64,000 nucleotides of DNA, from assembly GCA_019056785.1 (NCBI GenBank), contig DXJV01000025.1, positions 1 through 64,000 on the forward strand. The letters are read 5' to 3'. This DNA is from Candidatus Heimdallarchaeota archaeon (GTDB lineage Archaea; Asgardarchaeota; Heimdallarchaeia; JABLTI01). A model generated the notes under the pieces. That model was not told the origin of the DNA. It searched no databases and saw only the letters and a program-made list of their open reading frames with translations. Within the stretch, counting starts at the first letter, position 1; the number at the start of each line of letters is the position of its first letter. Of this stretch, positions 39,233-49,100 are shown in pieces. Made by a program: the position numbers and the translations under genes.

Positions 39233-41125
39233 TTACCCTCCTTTGGGCGTTTTTACCCTTGATTCTTTTTTCTTGTTTATCAGCTCTTTTCCTCGAGGGA
39301 GTAAACTCAACATAAATTGATACTCGCTACAGCGTTCCAATAATTCTTCATGGGTACCAAGGTCAATAACCCGTCCTTTATCTAAGAAGAGAATTAAATC
39401 AGAGTCAACTAGTGTTGAAAGCCTTTGCGTAACAATGATTGAAGTTCGTCCTTTGATTAGTTCCTCCATTGCTAAGCGCAGTCGAATTTCAGTTTTGATA
39501 TCTACGGCAGAAGTTGAATCATCGAGCAACAACAGTTTTGGTTCTGCTAAGAGTGCCCGAGCAATAGCAATGCGCTGTCTTTGCCCTCCTGAAAGAGTGA
39601 CGCCACGTTCACCGATGATAGTGTCATAACCTTTTGGAGTAGATTCTATAAATTTGTCAATTTGCGCTCTCCTTGCAGCAGTTTTTATTTCCTCCATTGA
39701 TGCTTCAGGTTTGGAAAAGGCAATATTATCCTTAAAGGACGCACCAAAAAGAAAGATGTCTTGCTCTACAAGGGTGACATCCTTTCGAACGTCAAAAGTA
39801 CTAACCTCGCGCAGGTTGGTATCACCTAAAAAGATTGCACCAGAAGTAGGGTCATATAACCGCAAGAGAAGCTTGAGGATCGTGCTTTTTCCTGAACCAG
39901 GACCACCCAACAAAGCAACACGAGAACCAGGAGGAATGGTGAAACTAACATCTTTTAAAACTAGCTTTTCTTTCCCAGGATAACTAAAAGAAACATTTTG
40001 AAAGACAAGGGGCCTTGACCAGTCTAATTTTTTCGATTTGACAGGTTCGATTAATGGATCCTTAAACGTCATAACATCCCAAATACGTCGAGCATTTATC
40101 CGCCCGGCTTGTATGGCAAGCAACCTTATCGGAAGCATAAAATTGAGGATCACAAGCTGGATCAACAAAGTGAGCATTGAGGAAAGCTGCCCCACACTCA
40201 TCAATCCATTATCTTGTAAAACAAACCAAAGTCCAATACCAAAGGAAGCAGCAGTAAATAACACCATGATTAAAGCGGGCCAGTAGAAAGAGCTCAAATA
40301 CCCCTCTTTCCTAATTTTGTCTGCAAGACGCAAACTTACTTGAGTGAATTTCATCTCTTCAGTTTTTTCATTATCAAAAGAACGCACCACTTCTATCCCT
40401 CGAAAGGTTTCTTGCGAAGCGCTTGAGACATTACCAAGCTCTGTGGCAAGCTCTCGCCGGATGGGACCAACCCTGCGAGCGTACACCCACGCCAAGAAAA
40501 TGTAAAGACTGAAACCAAAAGTGATCATCAATCCTATTGGCCAATTCCCAACACCAATGAACTCACTCCCAATGGGAATGCGAATAAAGAAATAAGATGT
40601 TGTTAAAAGAATGCTTAAAAAAGAAGAAACAACTTGCCGTATCGAAGGATGGTAAGCAAAGCGGATTTGATTTGTTTCATTCATTGCCATAGAAAGTAAA
40701 ATACCAGAATCATGCTCGTCATGAAAAGCCATGGAATGCTCCTGAACCACATCAAAGAACTCTTCGCGGATATCACGCTCAAAACGATAACTCGCAATCC
40801 CCCAGAGATAACCACTAAGAAAAGAAGTGAGCCAACCAATCAGAGCAGCACTAATAATTAAAACAACAATAATAATAAAATTACGGCCATAACCTTCAGT
40901 TTTAAGAACATCAATTCCCAAACCCAATAACACACCCGGAAGAATAGAGATAACAGCATTAATAATCAAGAAAGTAATCGAAATAAACATTAATCCAGGA
41001 TAGCGTGTTAAACCTGACCAAAACCAATGATTCATTGACCGGTATTTTTCAGTTGCTAACTGCCTTGGCGGTTTTGTCTTCTCTGTTTTGTATGCCTTTT
41101 TTTGTGTAATTTGCTGTGTGACCAT
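39233..41125 (-). CDS. ABC exporter half-transporter (TMD+NBD), subunit with degenerate Walker B and H-loop
   Basis: 'GGPGSGKST', 'LSGGQ', Walker B 'LLLDDST' (E to D), H-loop 'VTQR' (H to Q): TM287/288-type heterodimer with the neighbour. Confidence 0.93.
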   Translation of the reverse strand: MVTQQITQKKAYKTEKTKPPRQLATEKYRSMNHWFWSGLTRYPGLMFISITFLIINAVISILPGVLLGLGIDVLKTEGYGRNFIIIVVLIISAALIGWLTSFLSGYLWGIASYRFERDIREEFFDVVQEHSMAFHDEHDSGILLSMAMNETNQIRFAYHPSIRQVVSSFLSILLTTSYFFIRIPIGSEFIGVGNWPIGLMITFGFSLYIFLAWVYARRVGPIRRELATELGNVSSASQETFRGIEVVRSFDNEKTEEMKFTQVSLRLADKIRKEGYLSSFYWPALIMVLFTAASFGIGLWFVLQDNGLMSVGQLSSMLTLLIQLVILNFMLPIRLLAIQAGRINARRIWDVMTFKDPLIEPVKSKKLDWSRPLVFQNVSFSYPGKEKLVLKDVSFTIPPGSRVALLGGPGSGKSTILKLLLRLYDPTSGAIFLGDTNLREVSTFDVRKDVTLVEQDIFLFGASFKDNIAFSKPEASMEEIKTAARRAQIDKFIESTPKGYDTIIGERGVTLSGGQRQRIAIARALLAEPKLLLLDDSTSAVDIKTEIRLRLAMEELIKGRTSIIVTQRLSTLVDSDLILFLDKGRVIDLGTHEELLERCSEYQFMLSLLPRGKELINKKKESRVKTPKGG

Positions 41126-41188
41126 TTTTCAAGATTCCTATTAACAAGTGGGCGAGGAGTCATACAAATCACACATATTTAACTTTTT

Positions 41189-41218
41189 TGCTAAATCCAA
41201 CAAAAACTTTATTTAGCA
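41189..41218. promoter_or_regulatory. Inverted repeat TGCTAAAT-N14-ATTTAGCA, candidate operator in a divergent promoter
   Basis: Perfect 8-bp arms at 41189-41196 and 41211-41218; the right arm overlaps TATA-like TTTATTTA (41208-41215). Confidence 0.5.
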
Positions 41219-41254
41219 CGCAAAAAAATAAAAAAAGATAGCCATAGTCAGTAG

Positions 41255-42151
41255 ATGACTGAAGAAATGTTTATCTTGCAACAAGACTTGGAAGAAAAGA
41301 AAGACATAACTATCAGAGGAGTAAATAAAGCACTCTACAATGCTTTTACAGCCTATAGCAAAAAACAAGGGTTGTCAGCAGGAGAAGCATTCAATGTGAT
41401 CACCACCATATCTTTACGGCAGCCTTGGAGAGCACATAGTTTTCGAAGACACAAACCACCAATTCGAATGGGCATCAAGCCTGAAATAATAAGTAATATG
41501 GAACAGCTTGTAGTGACAAAGAAGGATCTAACGGCTGCAGGCGAAAAGACGATGTTTTTATTTCGGAATATTCGAAAACTCGTTTTTACAGAGGATATCG
41601 ATCCGCAGACATTACTAAAACATGTCAAGATGATTCAAAAAAGCAATGTTACATTTCCAAAAGACATACCAAAAATAATTCAACTAGGGCTGACATTCAA
41701 AAAACCGTTTTATAAACACCCAACAAATAAGGAAGAACTAAAAGACATTACCATCCGAAACGTTTCTGTTCAATTGTATGACGAGTTACTGTCCAAAGCT
41801 AAAGAACAAAACAAGAAAACAGGAGAGCTCTTTTCCGAAATTTTGGCCCATAACCTCAGTGTCTTTGAAATTTCTGAAGAGGTCCATTCACTTGGCGGGC
41901 GCGAATTTTTAATTATTAGCTACGAAGAGTCGCTAACTGTTTCTCGAAAAGATTTAGAGATGCTTGGCGAGCGAGGAGTATTCTTTTATAAAATCAAACG
42001 ATTAGTTTTTATAAAAGATGTCACTCCTGAACTGTTTCTGAAAAGCGTTCTTAAAATTGTCAAATGTCAAGAAGTAATTTTACCCACTAACATTCCACGG
42101 TTAATCGTTCTGTCTCGTGTTGTTGATTGTTTAAAAACAAATATCACTTAA
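41255..42151 (+). CDS. Internally duplicated protein with two ribbon-helix-helix-like modules; putative regulator
   Basis: Repeat 1 'KDITIRGVNKALYNAF..AGEAFN..IISNMEQLVVTKKDL..IRKLVF..IPK'; repeat 2 'KDITIRNVSVQLYDEL..TGELFS..IISYEESLTVSRKDL..IKRLVF..IPR'. Confidence 0.7.
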   Translation: MTEEMFILQQDLEEKKDITIRGVNKALYNAFTAYSKKQGLSAGEAFNVITTISLRQPWRAHSFRRHKPPIRMGIKPEIISNMEQLVVTKKDLTAAGEKTMFLFRNIRKLVFTEDIDPQTLLKHVKMIQKSNVTFPKDIPKIIQLGLTFKKPFYKHPTNKEELKDITIRNVSVQLYDELLSKAKEQNKKTGELFSEILAHNLSVFEISEEVHSLGGREFLIISYEESLTVSRKDLEMLGERGVFFYKIKRLVFIKDVTPELFLKSVLKIVKCQEVILPTNIPRLIVLSRVVDCLKTNIT

Positions 42152-42293
42152 GTATAAATTGAATAGAAACAATTCTTCGGATAATTTGAAAAACCAATTA
42201 ATTACTTGTTTTGAAGTTGAGGGTTTTTTCTACAAGAAAACAACCTCAAAAATGCACGAATAATTCTTTAAACAGGAGGGGATAAATTTGCTA

Positions 42294-45200
42294 TTAAGCA
42301 TCTCGTAAAATAGCGAAAATTGCCTCATGTGATAAATACCGTTGGTAATATAAAGTAACATTCATCATGAGTGTTTCTTGCCCTTTTGTTTTAATTTCAA
42401 AAGTAAAGGTCCCTGAGGTTCTAGGTTTTGCCTTTGCTAAGAAGGTTTGAAAGTCTGCCCAATACTCTTTAGACAGCAAGTCAAGAAAGCGCATACTCTG
42501 GAGTTGCCGTTTAATATAACCCAGCTTTCTCGTTGCGATGTCATTTACCTCGAGAATAAGGCCGGATTTATGGTCAATCACAAAGATTATTTCTTCGAGG
42601 ATGTTAAAAATGGATTGCAAATCTATTTGGCGTTCTTTTATTAGCTGCTCTGCTTGAAATTTCGCAATAGCAGTACCAATATCCTTTCCGATTGATTCCA
42701 AAAGTTGTTGGTCGGTTGCGGAAATACTTCGTGCTTTATTTAAAAGGAGGATCAAGGCGCCAATTATTTCCTTTTTTGAAAAGAAGGGGATACCAATTAA
42801 CATTTCAATATTCTTCAAAGGAGTGTCAGGGGAGAGAACCTGCAAATCATCAATGATTATTGTCGCCCCCTTTTTAATCAATGGTGTTAAGAATGTTTCC
42901 GAAGAAAGCGCTTGTTGAATGAGAGAAACAAGCTGTTTTGAAACCCCTAATGATTTATTTATTTCGAATAGGTTGTTTTCGCTCCGTAAAAGAATAAGCC
43001 CTCCAGAAAAATCAAGAGAATTTAGAACCGTATCAAGAACAAAATCAAGGAATTGATTCAAATTATTAGCACGATAACCGGCAGAGATGATTTTATTCAT
43101 AACTTCGAATTCAAAAAAGTGATTGCGGAGATTTCGCTCGAGTTCCTTTCGCACGGTAACATCATTTCCGATAAATAATAAGGAATCCGGTTTTTGATTG
43201 TTGTCCAAAATCACCGAAGCGCTTAATTCAATTGGAAAGACACTTTTGTCAGATCGTTCCATTAAATAATCATAATTAATAAATGAGCCAGTTTTTAGGA
43301 GTATTTCGATATCTTGAGCCAACCGAGCCTGATCAGGCGCTATAAGAAAACTTTGAAATTCTTTCCCAATCAAATCTTCGGCTTTTTCAACGCGAAGCAA
43401 TTCTAACGCATATTTATTCACTAATCTTATTCCTGACTGTAAATCTGTATGGAAAATTGCCAACGGAGAAGTGTTGATAAGCTTTTCAAAGGTCTCTTGA
43501 CTTTCACGCAAAGCATCTTCTGAGTACCGTCGTTCAACGGCTAGAGAAAAGAAGTTCGAGATGATATTAAAGAAGAAACGATCTTCCTCGGTTATTTCTG
43601 TTGGGCGAGTTGAAGCAATAAGTATTATCCCTAACAGTGCACTTTCTTTATTTAAAATAGGCCAACAAACAACAGCTTTCGTATTGAAAACTTTTAACCG
43701 ATCGAGGAATTTTATAGTTATTTGATTTTCATTAATATCAGGTGCATAAACAGCTTCTTTTGTTTTCGCAACATAATTAACGAAAAATTTCGGATCATCG
43801 ACAGGAATAGATTGGATTTCATAAGAGATTTCTGCAGGAATAACATAGGCAGCTGGTTCCAATTGCCTTTTCTCCTGATTGAACAATCGCACAATACCAA
43901 AATCAAATGCCAAGACGTCTAAAAGCCCTGTTAAAACTCTTCGAGAAAGGTCAAAAACATCTCCAGAAGTTAAGGCTGCGCTAGCAATAATGTGAAAAGC
44001 TTGTCGTTCCCGTTCAATTGTTAGTTGTGCCCGTTTTTGTTCGGTAATTTCCAAAACAATGGCACTTATCGCTTGTGAATCATGAAAATTAATGGGCGCT
44101 AAATGAAGGGAGATCCATTTCTTTTGTCCCTCTTTTGAAATGATTTGATATTCTTCTTTCTGGGAGATCCCCTCCTCTTCAACGATTCTAATCTGTTTTC
44201 GCAAGCGTTCTCTATCTATTTCTGTAAATAACTCAGCTGTTATCTCACGAGATTTCATATGACTAATTTCTTCTCGCTCGAAACCAGAAATGCGTAAAAT
44301 CTCGTCGTTGAAAAAGAGCAAATCACCTTGATTATTTAGAAGGATAACACCAATCAATGATTGCTCTGCATAAGCCCTAAATTTCTCTTCACTGTCACGC
44401 AATGCTTGTTCAGCTTGAAATCGTTCAAGAGCAGAGGCTATCATGCTTGAAATGGTTTCGAAGAGTATTTTAACTTCTCCTTGAATTTCTTTTGGTTCTT
44501 GATTAGCTAACTGTAAAACAGCTATTAATTCATCTTTCGAGTTTACAATCGGCCAGGTTATATTAGCACCTACAGTATAATCTTTGATAAGTGGTACAAA
44601 ATCCTTGATGAGCTCATGCTTACTGATATCCGGAGCAAAAACCGGTTTCTTCGTTCTTCCGACAAGAGCACCAGCATGCTTTTCTTGTGTTAAGGGGATA
44701 ATAGGCAAGTTCTTAATAGCTTCAGGATCAATACTGGTTGCAGCACAAGGCACCAAAAGGTTAGTTTCCGGATCATAAAGGCGGAAAGAGCCAGTGTCGA
44801 ATTGGAAAATTTTGGTAAGACCAGAAATAATATCCTTACAAAAAGTTTCAATATCATTAGCAAAGACAGCCGCATTGGCAACTAGTTGGAAAACAGAGCG
44901 ATCACGCTTAAGAGCATCTTCAGCCAATTTTTGGCTGGTAATGTTAATAAAAATTCCTTCGATAAAACCCTTGTCTGGATATAAGCGAGAAGATTCCTGA
45001 ATCCAAATAGTGGAACCATCTTTTCGCTTTATTTGAATAACTTCTGCCTCATAGTAACCATTCACTTTCAGCTTTTCGATTAGCTTTTTCCTTTTTTCCG
45101 GATGAGGATAAAAGAAAGAAGCAGGATAGCTTTTCAACTCCTCAACAGTATCGAATCCTAAAAGCTCTGCCATTTTCGAATTCGCTTCAATAATTTGCCC

Positions 45201-46070
45201 TGTTTCAACATCGGTCCGGAACATTCCGGTTAAAGCATTTTCAAACAGATTTTGGTATTTTAGATAATTTTCTTTGTCCTCTGTATTGTCAATAATAACA
45301 GCCGAAACAGAAGTTAGTCTGCCTTGCGCATCAAAAGCACCGATATTAAATTGGAGCCACCAACGTTCTTCACCATCTTGTTTGATGATTTTGTATTCCA
45401 ACATTTTGGGAACAAAACCCTGCCTGAATTCAGCAATACGCGCTAGGTAATAATCCTGAAAGTCCGGGTGAATGATTTTAGCAATAAAATTTGGCGTTTG
45501 GCGCCAAGCTGAAATTGGATAACCACTTAAATCTGCGAGAAACTTATCAACAATTGAGTATTTGAGCTCTGGAATCTCAATTTTTAAGAACCCTCGAACG
45601 CGTTTTGTTAATTCATCATACGTGCTCTTCAAATCACTAATCATTTGCTCTAATTCGGCGAGGTCGCGCTCAAGTTTTAAGCGGGTGACTCGCTCCTCTC
45701 GTTCTTTCAATGCACGATTAATTGCCGGAGCCAATCTTTCAAGACGAGACTTGATAACATAGTCTGTTGCGCCTTTTTTCAAAGTTTCAATAGCAAGTTC
45801 CTCCCCCAAAACACCGGAAATGAAGATAAAAGGAATACCGGGAGCATATTTTTTGGCAAGTTTAAGTGCTTCAAAACCATCAAAAGAAGGCAAATTAAAA
45901 TCAGCAAGAATAATATCAAATCGTTTATTGATTAATGCTTGTAAAAAATCTTCTCTCGTAGCCGTTAAGGTAATTTCACAATGGACTTTGTGAACTGCCA
46001 ATGTTTCACGGATCAATTCTGCATCGATGTTGTTATCTTCAAGATGCAGTACTTGTAAAGGAGAAGTCAT
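42294..46070 (-). CDS. Multidomain sensor/receiver: REC-PAS-PAS-GAF-PAS-GAF-PAS-GAF-PAS, no output domain
   Basis: REC 'LHLEDN..ILADFNLP..FISG..DYVIKS'; PAS ends 'DNTE, NITSQK, EITEQK, DVTVRK'; GAFs with 'WPI..' and 'IPFFSK'; no HisKA H-box or HATPase boxes. Confidence 0.88.
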   Translation of the reverse strand: MTSPLQVLHLEDNNIDAELIRETLAVHKVHCEITLTATREDFLQALINKRFDIILADFNLPSFDGFEALKLAKKYAPGIPFIFISGVLGEELAIETLKKGATDYVIKSRLERLAPAINRALKEREERVTRLKLERDLAELEQMISDLKSTYDELTKRVRGFLKIEIPELKYSIVDKFLADLSGYPISAWRQTPNFIAKIIHPDFQDYYLARIAEFRQGFVPKMLEYKIIKQDGEERWWLQFNIGAFDAQGRLTSVSAVIIDNTEDKENYLKYQNLFENALTGMFRTDVETGQIIEANSKMAELLGFDTVEELKSYPASFFYPHPEKRKKLIEKLKVNGYYEAEVIQIKRKDGSTIWIQESSRLYPDKGFIEGIFINITSQKLAEDALKRDRSVFQLVANAAVFANDIETFCKDIISGLTKIFQFDTGSFRLYDPETNLLVPCAATSIDPEAIKNLPIIPLTQEKHAGALVGRTKKPVFAPDISKHELIKDFVPLIKDYTVGANITWPIVNSKDELIAVLQLANQEPKEIQGEVKILFETISSMIASALERFQAEQALRDSEEKFRAYAEQSLIGVILLNNQGDLLFFNDEILRISGFEREEISHMKSREITAELFTEIDRERLRKQIRIVEEEGISQKEEYQIISKEGQKKWISLHLAPINFHDSQAISAIVLEITEQKRAQLTIERERQAFHIIASAALTSGDVFDLSRRVLTGLLDVLAFDFGIVRLFNQEKRQLEPAAYVIPAEISYEIQSIPVDDPKFFVNYVAKTKEAVYAPDINENQITIKFLDRLKVFNTKAVVCWPILNKESALLGIILIASTRPTEITEEDRFFFNIISNFFSLAVERRYSEDALRESQETFEKLINTSPLAIFHTDLQSGIRLVNKYALELLRVEKAEDLIGKEFQSFLIAPDQARLAQDIEILLKTGSFINYDYLMERSDKSVFPIELSASVILDNNQKPDSLLFIGNDVTVRKELERNLRNHFFEFEVMNKIISAGYRANNLNQFLDFVLDTVLNSLDFSGGLILLRSENNLFEINKSLGVSKQLVSLIQQALSSETFLTPLIKKGATIIIDDLQVLSPDTPLKNIEMLIGIPFFSKKEIIGALILLLNKARSISATDQQLLESIGKDIGTAIAKFQAEQLIKERQIDLQSIFNILEEIIFVIDHKSGLILEVNDIATRKLGYIKRQLQSMRFLDLLSKEYWADFQTFLAKAKPRTSGTFTFEIKTKGQETLMMNVTLYYQRYLSHEAIFAILRDA

Positions 46071-46175
46071 TCAAATCCTCTTTAATGCATTAATTACGCT
46101 TTTTTGGTGGTTTGCTTGATAATAAATAGTGCAATTTTTACATTATAATAATTTAGTTTGCGGAAAAGGGAAAAA

Positions 46176-49100
46176 TCAATTTTGAGCAATAACCATTTGG
46201 TGATCAAGAAAAACAATTACAGAAAGATGAAGCTTTAACGAAAACACATTGCCATCTCGAGTGATAAAATCCAAGGGTATTGTTTTGGACTCGCCATCCC
46301 TTAAAGATTTAAGAGTATTCTTTAAAAGCTTCTGTGTTTTTTCAGTCGTAATGGTAGCGATATCCATCGTAAGTAGCTTAGAAAGATCATAACCAAGTTT
46401 TTCTTGGAATTTTATATTTACATTCAAAATTTGGTTGGTCTCTTTATTGAAAACGAGGATATAATTTTCAAGAGCATTGAAGATCGTTTGGAGATATTTT
46501 TGTGAGGACTGTAATTCTTCTTCAGCTTGCATCTTAGCAAGTGCCGTTCCCATTTCACGCCCAATAGCCTCAAGGGTCATTAATTCATCTTTAGCTAGGG
46601 ACCGCCGTTCTTTAGAACTCAATAGTAAACCTCCGATAACAACTTGTTTAGAGAAGAAAGGTACACCGATCAGTGTTTGTATTCCAAATTGCTGATGACC
46701 TTCACTCTTTGCCATAAAGTTATCAACGTAAATCGTTCGCCCTGCTACAAAGAGTTCTTTGAAGGGAGCGGATTTTATTTTGAGGACTTTTGCTTCTCGA
46801 ATGAAATTGGCGGACATACCTAATGAGCGTTTTAGAAAAGCCTGCTCTTTCTCTTCATCTATTAAATAAATTGCACCACCATTAAAATCCAAAGAATTGA
46901 GGACTGTTGTCAGAGTGAAATCTAATAATTCATTCATGTTTCTTGCCAGATAACCGGCGGAAATCACCTTATTCAAAGTTTCAAGTTCAAAAGTTCTATC
47001 CTTCAAGGTTTCTTTTAGTTCCACTAAATCTGAAGTGTCTAAAATGATGATATTGATTGTTTTTTCATTAAATTCCTTATCATCTATTACAACATAGGTC
47101 ATTATAACAGGGATGAGAATGCCATTTTTTTGCCGGAGGATACTTTCAAAGGTAACTTTCCCTAGCTCTAATGTACTCTTGAACAGATTTCTTTGCTTTT
47201 CTTCGCTACCGGGAGGAGCAAAAAGAGTAATGTCTTTCCCAATAATGCTCTCAGGTTGATAACCCAAAATCTCTTCTATAGCTGCATTTGCAAAAAGAAT
47301 CTTCCCATCTTCATTGGCAGTTATAATTACCTCTTTACTGTTCTCGACGATATTTGCTAAAAGCCGGCGATTACGCTCGATTTGCTTTCGTTCTGTAATG
47401 TCTTGGATTATTGCCATAATTGCTTGTGGAACGCCTTTAGCATCGACTATGACCGAAGCAGAAAAGTCTGCATAAAAAGTTGTTTTGTCTTGACGATGGA
47501 ATAGTAATTCATAATTTCGCACTCTCCCAGCATGTAAAATTTCCGATATGAATTCCTTCTGATCAAATGTTGTTTTATCCACAATAAATGCAAACAGATT
47601 CTTACCTAACAACTCACTTTCAGTATTCATTCCAAAGCTTTTCGGCGCTTGTTTGTTGACAAAATGGATATCTCCCTCAAGAGATAGAAGGAAGATCGCA
47701 AAAGGAGAAGTTTCAACAAGGGTCCGATAACGTGCTTCACTGTCACAAATTGCCTCTTCTGCTTTTTTTCGTTCGGTAAGATCAGAGATTAAAAGCTGAA
47801 CCGCCGGTTCTCCTTGATAAGAAGTTAATGTTGCGAAAATTTCCGCAGGGAATTCTTCGTTTGAGGCCCGTTTTAATTTCGTTTCGAGTTTCAATTTAGG
47901 CGCGCCATCTGACTGATAAATTGAATGTAAGAAGACCCTCATTTCTTCCCAACTCTCAGAAGAAAAGAAGGTTATCAAATCTGAACCAATGATATCTTTG
48001 ATTGAACTGACTTCAAACATTTCAAAAACAGTTGGACTTGCAAATTTTATTTCATCTTCCTGAACAATTAAAAGTCCCAGTTGAACCGGCAAAGATTCGA
48101 CCAATTTCCGATATTGGCTCTCACTCTCTCGCAGAGCGTCTTCTGCCATTTTCCGCTCAATGGCGGTTGCGAAGATTTTTGATATGTTTTCAAAAAAGAT
48201 TCTGTCACTTTCTTGAAGGGGAATTTTCTTCTGGGAACCTATTTGAATGATGCCTAGAAACTTTTGGTTTGAATTGAAAATTGGCCAAGAGATGTATGAA
48301 CGATAATGGAACTTAGCATTTATATCAGTATTGCGTAAAAAGTCATTTTGTAACACATCAGGTTCGATGATTTCTTTTGTCAGAAATCGACTTAAAGGGA
48401 AGTCAGTATTATTTATCGAAACATGTGTTAATGTCTCTCTTGCTTCTTTACTTAAACCAACCTCAGCCATTGGAAGAAGTAAACGTTCATTTTCAAAATA
48501 AATTCTAATCAGCCCCGAATCGAACCCCAAATTCTCAACTAATCCCGTAAGAACTTTTTGGCAAAGATCGCGTAAGTCAATTGTTTGTACGGCTGCCTCA
48601 GCAATAAGCTTGAAAATTAACCGGTCGCGGGTTAATTCTTGTTCAGCTTTCTTCCTTTTCGAGACATCTATTATAGATGCAATGCTTTTAGTTGTTCCAG
48701 GAATAACACTTGCAGTTAAAAAGGCATCAAAATAATGCCCCGCCTTATGTTTAATTTTACACTCGAACGCTATTGGTGTAGTTGAGTTTCTTTCTCGGTG
48801 TTGTTTATCCAGAGCCAAGAGTCGTGGCAAATCATCTGGATGGATAAATTCAGTCCATTTCCTCTTCCCTTCGAGCTCTTTCTTTTTAAAGCCAGAAATA
48901 GTTTCAATTTGATGATTACATTTAGAAATGATCATATCTTTTTCAATGATAATCGTAGCTGTGCCTTTATGCTCGAAAATGTTTTCTAGTTCATGTTCGC
49001 GCTCAAATAATTCTCTTTGGGCCTTTTTTTGTTCGGTAATATCTATGATCACACCTTCAATAAAGCCTTCTTCTGGGAAAATTCGCGCAGATAAACTCAC

